The notes under the pieces were generated by a model, which was not told the DNA's origin, made no database searches, and saw only the letters and a list, made by a program, of their open reading frames with translations. A program made the translations under genes and the position numbers. This document shows, one piece after another, positions 38,715-49,849 of a stretch of DNA of 64,000 nt. This DNA is from Nemertoderma westbladi. Its lineage: Eukaryota > Animalia > Xenacoelomorpha. The DNA is taken from NCBI GenBank assembly GCA_032718475.1, contig JAUCBJ010000052.1, positions 76,519 through 140,518 of the forward strand, read 5' to 3'. Position 1 is the stretch's first letter, and the number at the start of each line of letters is the position of its first letter.

Positions 38715-39510
38715 TTATTATGTTGTACTACCTTCAAACGCGAACCCAATAGAATTTCCACTTAATAATGCTAGCGATTTCCAAACAAATTTACAAATTC
38801 CTTTACCTATCGCTAGAGGGCAATGGTTAGTAGGTTTGACTAGTATAACCTACGTATCTAGTATTCGTCACGATAATAGTAACATTTATATAAAGGCTAT
38901 AAAAAATAAAAAAATGGATACAAGAGATGTCACTCTCCCAGAAGGGTCGTTCCTGACATTGGAAAGAATCATTGAGTTCTTCAACAAAAGCATTATTAAA
39001 GCACGAATTAATATAGTTGATAATAGAGCGAGGTCAGGCGATATAACTATTCATTTCAAAGCGAAACAATGGGAAATATTCGTTAGCAAACGGTTGGGTG
39101 GTTACCTAGGATTAATAGAGCACGATATTGATAAATTAGGTTTCAAGTGTGTAAAAACCGACGTCGGAGATTATAATTTAATTAGGACTAATCCGCGGAA
39201 TAATAAGTACCAGTGCCATAAACATCCCGACGCAGTCGAGATACTAGACCCTAACATAAATATTCACCTTAATTGTGTTGAATCTCAATTTGTGGACAAT
39301 AACGAATATCGGCTGTTGCGCACCATACCATTAGAAGGGGAATACGGTGAAGTCATTACTAGGGAAGTCAAACAGATATACTATAAAAAACTTAAAGTAA
39401 CATCTAATTTACGCTATATACGGGCTAAATTGGTTGGGGATTCGGGTGATCTGTTGCGCTTTCATTATGGAAATTCAATATTGACGCTTCATTTTATACG
39501 AATTGACTGA
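38704..39510 (+). CDS. Polinton minor capsid (penton) protein, copy 2
   Basis: 268 aa. YYVVLPSN...FP.N.ASDF.T.L..PL....WLVGL.SI.Y at the N-terminus and LLRTIP...YY..L...G.L.F..G...LTLHF at the C-terminus. Confidence 0.85.
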   Translation: MMNSYYVVLPSNANPIEFPLNNASDFQTNLQIPLPIARGQWLVGLTSITYVSSIRHDNSNIYIKAIKNKKMDTRDVTLPEGSFLTLERIIEFFNKSIIKARINIVDNRARSGDITIHFKAKQWEIFVSKRLGGYLGLIEHDIDKLGFKCVKTDVGDYNLIRTNPRNNKYQCHKHPDAVEILDPNINIHLNCVESQFVDNNEYRLLRTIPLEGEYGEVITREVKQIYYKKLKVTSNLRYIRAKLVGDSGDLLRFHYGNSILTLHFIRID

Positions 39511-39584
39511 GATAGTCACAATTTAATCGATATAAATTATTTATTATTTATTATTATCTGATTATCTGAAGTAATAGCGACTAT

Positions 39585-39947
39585 ATGGATAAATTTCTAA
39601 GTCGCAGCCGCGGACGTGATTATTACCCGACGCTGGAAAACCCAGGAATAATAGTAGATTTCCAATATTATACGCATCATCCGCAGATCGGCCAACACCC
39701 CGTTGCAACCATTTATTTTAAAGAGTTTGCGGCTTATAATACTACCATCAAATCATTAGAAAACGTATGGTTTATTAATGGACCACCCGCTAAAATTTTA
39801 AGTTTAAGCGAATACGATCGTCTCACACAACTCGCCAATATTACGCATCACATTAATTTTGACTATGGATTTATGGACCAAAGCGCATTTAAAATGTACA
39901 TACAGGAATGGTTACAAGAAAAAAACGGTTGGGGTTTCAAATATTAA
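39585..39947 (+). CDS. Hypothetical Polinton protein
   Basis: 120-aa ATG ORF co-oriented within the compact Polinton gene block; no motif recognised. Confidence 0.4.
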   Translation: MDKFLSRSRGRDYYPTLENPGIIVDFQYYTHHPQIGQHPVATIYFKEFAAYNTTIKSLENVWFINGPPAKILSLSEYDRLTQLANITHHINFDYGFMDQSAFKMYIQEWLQEKNGWGFKY

Positions 39948-40314
39948 TACGCGGAATACCGAAATTATTTATTTTAAAAATTGAATTTAATGTGAATGGA
40001 ACACTTCTAGAAACATACGGCGTAAACGAAAAATGTGTCGATTATGACACCAAATGCCTTTTCCATGATTATTCGGCAATAACAAATTGTGCCTACCATT
40101 CTGATAAAGATTCTTGTTTTAATTACTGTTCTATGAAACTCGCAGTTGGTTATGGGAAATGGTTGTCATCAAATTAATGTGTATATATTTATTAATTATA
40201 TTGTATTATTATGTGGTACATATATAATTTGTTGATTATACATATATGTATATAGTAAAGAATTATTATTATACGTTATAATAAATACTCATAATAATAA
40301 TATCAGATTCTAAT

Positions 40315-40830
40315 TTGTTTAAATTATATAGCGCCCCGCAAATCCAACTGGGCAGTGGGAATTATAGCGATATACCCGTTTTTAAGGTTGGAAGCATTCT
40401 CCCCGGGTTTGGCCCATCTACTGGTGTATGGAATAATAAGAATAATAAATTCGGCCGGCGATACACCCAAAATAGTCAGCGTGGGCGCGGAATATTAACA
40501 ACTGGCCTCGGTATATTAGCACGCAAGTTAGGGAGAAAGGTGCTAACTAAAGCACTCCCCAAAGCAGCAAAAGTGGCGCGGAAATACATAATACCGGAAG
40601 GAAAACGTATTTTACGCAGTAAAGCAGATGATTTGATAAATAAAGTGGCCGCGCGGTTAGAACCTCATCCAAAGACACGCCAAATCGCCCAACGGATATA
40701 CAATGAATTTACAAACCCGAAAAGTAAAAAAAAGAGGAGCGGGAAACGGCGACACCCAAGTGTGGGTATGAATGTTGGGCGCAAACGTAAAAAGCGAAAT
40801 AATAATAAATGTCGTGACATTTTTATGTAA
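40315..40830 (+). CDS. Polinton basic core-like protein (QxGxG motifs)
   Basis: K/R-rich 171-aa ORF directly upstream of the major capsid, with QLGSG and QRGRG motifs followed by an amphipathic segment. True start uncertain. Confidence 0.7.
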   Translation: MFKLYSAPQIQLGSGNYSDIPVFKVGSILPGFGPSTGVWNNKNNKFGRRYTQNSQRGRGILTTGLGILARKLGRKVLTKALPKAAKVARKYIIPEGKRILRSKADDLINKVAARLEPHPKTRQIAQRIYNEFTNPKSKKKRSGKRRHPSVGMNVGRKRKKRNNNKCRDIFM

Positions 40831-40837
40831 CTTAACA

Positions 40838-42091
40838 ATGAGTAAATTAGAATTATCATTATTCTCGAGTAAAACAAATCAGCAAGAATATACATCTTCA
40901 CATTTTTTGGATATCTACCCGATTTCTGCTCTTGACGCGAATGCCAGGCAAATAGAGTTCTTTATACCCCAGTCAAATGTTCTATATACTGATTTAAAGA
41001 ATTCGAAATTTCACATTAAATATAAAATTATATGGGATGGTAATAGGGCTAACGACGATACAACCCTCCACCATCTCAATTACCCGGGTGGGTCACTATT
41101 TGAAAATTGTTCGTTGTACCTAAATGAAAAGCTAGTTGAAACCTCGAATGGGTTCTACGCCTATAAGTCTACGTTTCAGACATTACTGTTGACAGATGCT
41201 AATGAAAAAAGCGGTATTTTAAGAGCTGGCGGTTATGAGGATATAGATAATAATCTAGGCGGGGTACCTGTCGCTACTACTGGGAACGACATTCATGGGA
41301 ATTATGTTAAATTCGTTGTGGCCCCAATTTTTTTAGACCTAACAAGCCAGGACAAATTACTGCCGCCGGGAATTAACATTCGACTTCGTATAGACCGAGT
41401 ATCGAATAATTTTTTTTTGAAAGTTGAACCCCCCGCAGGATTGGTAAACCCAAGAGTTGAAATCATGAATATTAATTTAAAAATAAAACGCCACAGGATT
41501 GATGCCGAGGTTATGCGCGCGCATTTGTTGGGGTCACAAAAAAATGACTTTATTTATAACTTGTTAAAACAAGAAGTGAAAACCTTCACTATTGGTGGCG
41601 GACAGTCCAGTTATACAGAATCGAACATAATCCAAGGGAAATTACCTAAGTATATTTTGATTGGAATGCTTACCAACGCCAGCTTCAACGGGGAATTAAG
41701 CAGTAATCCGCTACATTTTAACCATTTCGATTTAAATTATGCCGAACTAAACATCGACTCCCGTATTATACATGGGTATCCATATCGCCCTAACTTTCCG
41801 GAAAACAATTTTATGTTGGAATTCGAAAGTTTAATGAACGTGTTCAAGAGCTTGAGTGGTGTATTTTGCTCGCTAACACCAGAACGGTTTCGTACCCAAT
41901 TTCCTCTGATAGTATTTGATCTTACCGCGGGAGGCGATCAAAGCCATGAGATTCAACCTAGTATACATACAAGCGGGCATTTGATTCTGAAATTTAGTAA
42001 TGCTCTAGTTAACACTATTAATGTTATATTAATGGCAAGCTATGACGCTCTTCTATCTATTTCGGAAGCCAAGGAAATAATAACCGAATAA
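40838..42091 (+). CDS. Polinton major capsid protein (double jelly-roll)
   Basis: ATG at 40838, 417 aa, intact. LELSLF...Q...P.S...IEF.IP...YTDL.NS, SLF....YLN, YAYK, QDKLLPPG, G.LP..I.IG, NP..F.HFDL, FDLT motifs typical of Polinton MCP. Confidence 0.9.
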   Translation: MSKLELSLFSSKTNQQEYTSSHFLDIYPISALDANARQIEFFIPQSNVLYTDLKNSKFHIKYKIIWDGNRANDDTTLHHLNYPGGSLFENCSLYLNEKLVETSNGFYAYKSTFQTLLLTDANEKSGILRAGGYEDIDNNLGGVPVATTGNDIHGNYVKFVVAPIFLDLTSQDKLLPPGINIRLRIDRVSNNFFLKVEPPAGLVNPRVEIMNINLKIKRHRIDAEVMRAHLLGSQKNDFIYNLLKQEVKTFTIGGGQSSYTESNIIQGKLPKYILIGMLTNASFNGELSSNPLHFNHFDLNYAELNIDSRIIHGYPYRPNFPENNFMLEFESLMNVFKSLSGVFCSLTPERFRTQFPLIVFDLTAGGDQSHEIQPSIHTSGHLILKFSNALVNTINVILMASYDALLSISEAKEIITE

Positions 42092-42185
42092 ATAAAGATC
42101 TCGCATAGTACAAAGTAAGCGAAGCCGCACCGCCTGTGGAATTAGAAAAATTATCTTAAACTTTTAATGATACGCGCACGCTAAG

Positions 42186-43471
42186 ATGTTGGACTCTATA
42201 CAATTAGCGAAATTCCCGGTGGGGCCCGAATACATCGGTGTTTAAGCAATCGACCAATTACACCTAATACACGCAAAAAAAAATAAGCATAAACAAAATT
42301 ATTCATTTATTATTAATAATCAACGTATAGGCCTACCGGGGCAACACTGGTCTTGCGTACGCGTGGTTAACAGAATTGCTTATTATTTAGATTCGTTTGG
42401 TAAAGCCCCACCACCGAAAATATCTTATTGGTTGCATAAATATGTGGCTGGCCACGAGAAAAGGGACCTTATGTCGCAAAACCTGATTCTGAGATAATCG
42501 CGTTTAAAGTTTCCCTCTATTTTTGAACAAATTTAATTGGATTATCAATTTAGAAATGTATAAAACGATGAGGGAAATTCAAATTGGTTCTGATATTCAA
42601 TATACCTAGGAAATAACTAATTACAGGAAGCAATATAAGATGTTGCAGTGTTGTATACAACACTGTCTTAGGGTTTTCATGTCTGAATTTAGGACTGTAA
42701 TAAATTGAAATTGTAATACTGTAATAGGTACTGTAGGCCTACAGTTATTTTTTAAATGTAATATGGCTGTCATTTTCTTAATTTAAATTCGTTAGTTCTT
42801 AAATTTTGTAATCCCAATAAAGAATTCAAAATACAAATAATTTTAAAATTTGTTAAAAAAATTTATCTTTTTGAAAAAATGTTAAATTAAAAAAAAAATT
42901 TTTTGGTTAGGCCTACATGTTTTTTTGAAAATTTTGCAAATTTTTTTTTTAAATAGTTCATGAACAATATTAATAGTTTCAAAGTGTTAAAAGTTGTATA
43001 AAAAGCCGATTAACATTGAACTGCCTAACTATATAGTAAGAATTGCTATGATATTATTAATATTTTCCATTTTTTTAAATAATCGCTTCTTATAACCGCT
43101 ATTAATAAAAAATTTTTTGCTACCCGATTCACCTTCACATAAATCGCTATAACTTTTTTTTAGAAATTGATATTGAGACACCGTTTTTTTTGTTAAAATC
43201 TCTGGAAAATTCTGCATCTCGTAGGCCTAATAACTCAAAATCGACCTCCGGTGACATAAGGTCCCTTTTCTCGTGGCCAGCCACATATACCCAAAGGCAT
43301 ACTTGGAATCGTAAAATATTTCAAGCGCCGCAATCGACTCAGTGTGGTCTATTTTGTCTGTATTATTTAACCGAGGTGCCGAAAAATCCCGGAGCAATGA
43401 ATATATTCACCTCTAATTTGCGGTACAATGATTTATTGTTATTACTGTGGACACTTTCATTAATAAAATAA
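42186..43471 (+). pseudogene. Polinton adenovirus-like cysteine protease interrupted by a DNA transposon
   Basis: ...IIINN...PGQHWSC...YYLDSFGKAP...LHKY [insertion] TQRHTWNRKIFQAPQSTQCGLFCLYYL. His, Asp, Gln and Cys catalytic motifs rejoin in frame when 42443-43287 is removed. There is also an early stop. Confidence 0.85.
42443..43285. mobile_element. Non-autonomous DNA transposon with ~33-bp perfect TIRs
   Basis: TGTGGCTGGCCACGAGAAAAGGGACCTTATGTC ... GACATAAGGTCCCTTTTCTCGTGGCCAGCCACA. TSD is TA (or ATAT if the element is GTGG...CCAC). AT-rich non-coding interior. Confidence 0.92.
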
Positions 43472-44100
43472 TTTATTTATTTCGGTTATGGGTATATTCA
43501 ATTGCGGTGTATGAAAATATTATTAGCATTAATATTAATAATAAATATTTATTTCTTGGGTATTTAGTAATAGCAATATTTTTAATAAATATATGGGACG
43601 TGGTAAGTGACGTGGGTAGGGTCTTCACGCGGCACTATTCGTTTTTTAATTTTTTTAATAATTTTCATCGTCAATCACAGAAACCTTGTGAGGTGAAGTC
43701 TTTTAACGTGTGGGCGCCAGTAATAAAACTGGAATAATAATTGGACATAGCCATATTGGATATAGCCAACTCTTTCCATTATATACCAAGCATCTGCCGC
43801 CCAACCTATGTGGTTAACACAAAGGCCAGAATCTCTATCCACGCTACGCGCATTAGACAATAATTAAACGCTCTAACGACAATCAAAGCTCTGGGTTCAA
43901 TTTGCTCGCATATATGACCGGTTTTGCAAAAGAAATAAGCCATATATAGATACGCCGTCAAGCATAGAAAATTAGCCTTACCAAAGTAGTTAGTTCTGTT
44001 GTAGTTTGCTATATAACATTGGGAATAGCGATACCAGCATCACTTTATTATTTTAATTATTAAATTATAAATGATATTATATTATTATTAAAATTTCGAT

Positions 44101-44382
44101 ATGGCTGAAGGCGGTGAACTTGGAAAACCAAAGTTGGTTGTAGAACCATTCGCGCATCATCCCTCAACATTTAAAAAATTTAACAGGATGAATCTAATCA
44201 GAGTTATGTGGGCACAAAGGGTGCGGGTGATGCACTCGCCGGATGTAGACTGGCTGTATAAACATGAGGTGGTCCCGGCGCGCCCGGGGATTGTCTTGCC
44301 GATCGCCGGGGGGCGACAGATGTGCGTATGCCCGCCAAGGATGATCGGTGAAACGCATACGCCACCTCCAACCGAAAATTAA
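44101..44382 (+). CDS. Small hypothetical Polinton protein
   Basis: 93-aa ATG ORF of higher GC after an AT-rich spacer. A degenerate paralog (MYVCPPRIIDQT versus MCVCPPRMIGET) follows at ~44500-44630. Confidence 0.4.
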   Translation: MAEGGELGKPKLVVEPFAHHPSTFKKFNRMNLIRVMWAQRVRVMHSPDVDWLYKHEVVPARPGIVLPIAGGRQMCVCPPRMIGETHTPPPTEN

Positions 44383-44639
44383 TGTAAGTAATAATTTCGA
44401 CAATTAATATAATAACATTAATAATCAACAAATTCAACAATAGTACCTACATGCTAAAGGCTTTGAGCTTACTTCGTGCTGCGCGAAGGCTCAGGACATC
44501 GGGTTAGCGTGCTATAGCCAGATGCGTACCCCTGGAAGTCCAGATAGTTCTCTATACCCGGGTGTGGTACTCAATCAATGTATGTATGCCCACCAAGAAT
44601 AATCGATCAAACTCGCCCCACAACTCGTTAATGGTACCC

Positions 44640-45285
44640 ATATTCTAAGGCTTCGCTCGCTTCATGGCTCGCCTATTTTGTCATCAAATCACTGTGTAAC
44701 CGAGTTATTAGCAATTAAAATTTATGTCGGCGCCGGACGGCGATTAGACAACTCTCCGATTCCACCTATATGCTTTCACACACTTCATGGCTCACCCCTC
44801 TGCATATAAGTAGAATAATCATATTAAAAATTAATATTATAAATACTATAACTTTATACTCACTTCGCGGCTCGCCCCACAACTAGTTGCTTAGCAATAA
44901 CTGTAGAATTGTAATATTGGTGGCTGTCGTTAGTTGAATACAATAACCTTACTTCGATGCTATCACTCACTTCATGGCTCGCCCCATAAGTCTGTGTTTA
45001 TTTACCTTTTTAGTTGTTGCGTCATAACCTTACTTCGATGCTATCACTCACTTCATGGCTCGCCCCATAGGTAGAATAATCAAATTAAAATAATATTATA
45101 AATACTATAACCTTAACCCATATGCTATGGCTTCACTCGCTTCATGGCTCGCCCCATTTTTTCATCATCATGGCTCGCCCCATAGGTAGAATAATCAAAT
45201 TAAAATAATATTATAAATACTATAACCTTAACCCATATGCTAAGGCTTCACTCGCTTCATGGCTCGCTCCATTTTTTCATCAAAT
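44640..45285. repeat. Tandemly reiterated sub-terminal repeats
   Basis: Repeated CTTCA/GTGGCTCGCCCC motif plus duplicated blocks ATAACCTTACTTCGATGCTATCACTCAC and GTAGAATAATCAAATTAAAATAATATTATAAATACTATAACCTTAACCC. Confidence 0.8.
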
Positions 45286-45619
45286 CCCAAAATAATGTTA
45301 AAGACTTTATAACAAACGTCTGCAACCCACTTACTATATTGGGTTTTACCTATTGCGGTTCAAGGTCAAACGCCAACCGGTAGACACGAATTAATTAAAT
45401 TACTTCCGTCTGCGGACTGGCCTTATACCACATATGTCACATATACACAGTGGTGACATATGTTACATATGCACAATTGTAACCATAGTAAGTGGGCGGG
45501 GTGACACAATGGTAATCATAGTAAGTAGGCGGGGCAAGAGCCGTTCGGCAAATTCTTTAACATGGTAGACTATGGCAGACGCTGTTTTATTTAATTTGTT
45601 TATCATACTACTCATTCCA

Positions 45620-46000
45620 TCACCTGGAGCGCATCAAATATAATTTTAAATTTGATGTTGTTACTTGTTTCGGGCATGAACTCACTAACGGTAAGGTAGA
45701 GATTGGTGCTGAACTAATGGGTAGGAGCAACCAATATGAGCAGGATTAGGAGCAGTTTGCTGCTCACCGCAGATACACTTTCACAATTCTCTAGCAACAC
45801 CATGCCATCTACCGAGCTCAATCGGAAGTCTTGTACTACTTAATCTAAATCGCGTCCAGGAGATTCCATATAGTTCGTCATCAGTTTTACATTTATACAC
45901 ATTTCCGGGTGTAATCCGGGCTCCTTTATTAAGTGTTGCGTAATAAGCTGGTGTTGTAAGATAAGTAAGATTTAAATAATTGTTCAAATTAAACGACACA
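45620..46000 (-). mobile_element. LINE ORF2 C-terminal fragment (RTEX/L1-like zinc-binding tail)
   Basis: WTRFRLSSTRLPIELGRWHGVAREL..C.CG matches the FRLS.H.L.IE.GRW...R..R.C.C pattern. Confidence 0.6.
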
Positions 46001-46899
46001 AAAATAAGGGATAGATTGCCAGTTCACCTTATTTAAACAATATATATTTTATTGTGCGCATACAGAATTACATTGTGATGGATATTATTTTTAATATATT
46101 ATTATTATTAATTATTATATTTTTCGGATATGAATAAATTAGCCAAAAATAAAACACCACCGTGTATTATACCTAACAGGAAATTTTTTAAAAACCCCAG
46201 AGGTACTGCAATGATTATTTAATCGGAAGGGGAAATAGACCGGCCCATCGCCATTGATTACTCGACGCAATGTTGGCTCCACAAACAAACTTCCAGGGAA
46301 GGGACAGGCGCAACAAAATGTCTCAGATGTCACACAACCATCGGTGATCCAGAGTATAGACTTTGCCGGCGCTGCGCAGACACGCACTACCGGGAAAGCA
46401 GAATCGCAAGACTTGACCCAAAGCGCGTAAGGTGATGCTCGGCTCCTCCCAAACTCACCTGTCAACGGAACTAACTTTCGGACAACCTAATACTGTTATT
46501 TACTATCGGATTTACATGTTATACTTACCAACCTCTGTTAATCAACGGGGCACTAACGCCATATTAGGTAGATTAAATCATTTGCATGCAATATCTATAA
46601 TAACTAACCTGTATTTAAATGGTAAAGGGGGAGGCTATTAAATTGTGCCGCTCTGCCACTTTCTGTTCTAAGACTATATAGTCAAATTAACCTAATAAAT
46701 ATTTATGTAAGACTTCCGATAAAGTAATGATCCGTACAATTTTTATTTTCTTTTTAATATGTAAGTAACAACTTTAATTTAACACAAACATTTATCCCCA
46801 GTTAAATTAATTAAAAGTCAAAGCCCTCTTACATTGAGTTTGTTGTAATTGGAAAATCTCTAGACTTTCGCATCATCGAGAGCCATTTCTAAGAGACAT

Positions 46900-48225
46900 A
46901 TCTTCTGAATAGGTCGACATAGGATAGAAATTAATATCCTTCATTTCTTAGTACGAGGACATTTAATGGCTGTTGCTGTCCTCACATGTACTGTACAGTC
47001 CGTACTACGTAAACGTCAGTAAACGTCGTAGGTAAAAGTCAGCGCTAGGTAAAACTTCAGAGATACGAGTAACTTTCCAGTTGAATCGCTTAGAGTTAGT
47101 CAGTGAGCATCACTAAATCACCAACGGCGAAATTTCTGTGATGGAGAAGCCATTTCTGTCGAGTCATCAAGTTCTCAAGATATGTACGTCGCCAGATAGT
47201 CCAATATTGGCTGGCCAAGAACTGTGCTTTCCTCCACATGGTCTTATAATTAATTAAGCTCGTGCCGTCATACAGCTCATGCAGAAGTCTGTTAGAGCTT
47301 GGTAAAATGGTACTACGTCTGAGTAATAAATGAGTATTGATTAATTAACAGCCTGGGCCAGGCATACGGGGCTACAGTGGTTTCTACAACACTGTATAAT
47401 ACAGTAGTTATTCTTTGAGGCATGGTTGCCATTTCTGGCAGAGCACGGGAATAACGTTGTACTTTCCTTTGAGTGATTAGTTGACCTAAATATTATATTC
47501 CACTCCATAGTGAATTCTTCATCCGATCTGGTAACTCAGTACACACACCCGGCTGATGATAACCAGAAGTTTGAAACCTAGGTACCGGGTTCGAGCCCCA
47601 ACAGGTCGGTTGATATTTTTCGCTATGGAGAGCATCATCATTATGTCCTATCTACATTATATAAATAAATGATTCGGCGTTAGTATTTCATTTGACGTCA
47701 CATCGTCATTTAGAGGGCAAAGTGATATATCATTGATTAGATACTGGACTTCTGCCAAAGTTGTACGAAGTACTTCTTCAGAAACGAGTCGATGTTGAAC
47801 TTGACGATTTTCCATGAATGCCAGCAAGGTGTGTTTAGTACAGTAGTTCGGATACGCCGTTCTCAAACAACGGCGTGGATGACTTGCTGTGGGTGTCTGG
47901 AAGTACCAGGAAATCTTACCCACAATCTCATCAGGGATACCCATATCCTTGGCCTCGGCCATCAGTTGGGCCAATTCTGTTTCACTTCCTCCGAAATGAC
48001 CTCCCTAATCAGAATATATATTTTCCACTCCAGCATGGTTGCAGATAAATCGACGTAAAACACAAATTAATGAGTCAGCGCTGTAGTCCATTGACAAGTC
48101 CAATACCACCGCTCTGGAACTCATACATGTTAACAAAACTCAGTAACGTTTATCCGACCCACATCCCCTAATAACATATAACGGGCCGAATAAATCAACG
48201 CCTACGTTGGTAAAAGCAGGAATGT
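46900..48225 (-). mobile_element. Heavily decayed BEL/Pao integrase fragments
   Basis: Minus-strand PAFTNVGVDLFGP (~48183-48221), LRTTLAEVQYLIN...ILTPNHLF (47657-47790) and RKAQFLASQYWTIWRRTY (~47180-47235). Confidence 0.75.
47523..47609 (+). mobile_element. tRNA-derived SINE head
   Basis: CCGATCTG...CAGGTCGG acceptor-like stem, an A-box-like TAACTCAGT and B box GGTTCGAGCCC. Interrupts the BEL fragment. Confidence 0.55.
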
Positions 48226-48275
48226 AGCCGATACAAATATACCTATGCAGTATACTGTACATACCTAGACATACC

Positions 48276-48730
48276 CTAGACATACCTATACACTGCGCTA
48301 TTCAATTGCAAAAATTGGCTACCTACTCTGACATTGAGATCGCCAAAAATAAATAAATAAATATCTGCGGGGGCTGAGAGTTTGCTCTGAATATTACTCC
48401 AGAATAATGGCGAAGAGTACTTTGAGCTGAGTGGCGGTATATATACTGCACCACAAAGCAAATATTAGGATAATTAGACATTTTAAACCATAACATGTCG
48501 ATTAGTTTTTCGAAACAAATAATATTACGGGCTATGTAATAACCCGATGTGTGATTTTGTGTCAGATCTAAAGCAAGTTAAGCCTGAGACATGAGACATG
48601 TATAGGAGGGAAGTTTTTATTTGTTGGATAGAAATTTTGTCAAAATTTTGAAGGAATTCAACTAGATCGGAGCTAAGTTTTTCCTTTATCCCGTCAACAT
48701 TCCATGATAGTATGCTGAGATCAAAACTAT
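48276..48730 (-). mobile_element. LINE APE endonuclease fragment
   Basis: Minus-strand LSILSWNVDGIKEKL, AVYIPP and FIFGDLNVRVG motifs in broken frames. Confidence 0.7.
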
Positions 48731-48905
48731 GGTTCTGATCTAAAAAGGCGAGATGAATTTATCTGAATTTATGCTGAGAGAACTCAGCTCGTACTAGCGG
48801 GTGTACGTTCGGTTTTATATAAATTATATAAAACATCTAATCATCTTATACTCATCTACCATCTTCAAGTTTTTTGCAGCATCCAATATGTCATTGCGCT
48901 CGATC

Positions 48906-49820
48906 TACTACTACTACTACTACTACTACTAGGATCGGCTTGCTACATTGCAGCTGCATTTTTAAGAATGCTGTGCACAAAATTGCGCCGCCACAACTCC
49001 CTATCACTATTGACATTTGCTAGATCATCAGCATTTTTATGGCCTGTGTCCCAAGAAAGTCATGGGCTGTCCACCATGCTTAGTTACTCCATGAGGCTAC
49101 CAAAGGACAAGAATATGCACTGGCTGGTCCTCACGGCGAAAGCAATGTCCTGCAAAGCGGAGGCTGCATTGTTCTTAGTTCTAGTGTCAGGCTTGGGGGA
49201 ACCAATGAGACACCTCCAATATTATATAGTGTCTGGTTGGAGATGTGTGCATTGTACTTGACACAGTTAATCCGGCGTAGCATTCTTGTGAATGTGCCAT
49301 CCAGAGATTTGGTGTCCTCAGCAGTTTGAGCCCAGCATGGACTCCCATAAAGGAGTACTGGAACTACTGCTGCTATAAATAATCGGACCTTAAGACCTTA
49401 TCTTACCTTAATAATCGTTTCCTATTATTTCTATGTGACTTCCAAATCCTGGAAAGCCTATTCAAGGCTGCCCATGCCTTTCTCTTACGTATTCGAACGT
49501 CCTCACCTGACTTCCGGATCCATGATCCGAAGTAACAGAAGCCGTCCACATTCTCAAGCATAGGGCCTACCATCCTTTGAGTTTATGCTCATCCGGTCTG
49601 AGACTTGCTGAGGACTTTCAAAGTTAACTGTCAAAATTTTGGTCTTTTTGGAGTTAATAAAAAGACCAACACTAGAAGCAGCCTGTTCTAATGAGCTGAT
49701 GAGCCGTTGGGCTCCCTCTAGTGTTTCGGAGAGTACTCTTAAGTCATCAGCATATACTAGATCAGTTAGGTACTTGGCAGGATTTCCTCAACTTCTGGAG
49801 CCAGTAGGTGGATTTACCAT
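48906..49820 (-). mobile_element. Older, decayed copy of the RTE LINE family
   Basis: Colinear with 52675-53560 with many substitutions and indels; (CTA)n tail at 48906-48931. Confidence 0.9.
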
Positions 49821-49849
49821 CAATCACCGGAGTTGTGCTCAATCACAGT

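Larger units (their letters stand above)
37078..45612 (+). mobile_element. Polinton/Maverick (adintovirus-like), left-truncated
   Basis: Compact co-oriented cluster of integrase, 2x minor capsid, core-like protein, major capsid and cysteine protease. Repeat-rich, GC-box-containing terminal region ending in a possible ...ACTACT terminus at 45612. No pPolB or ATPase seen. Confidence 0.9.
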
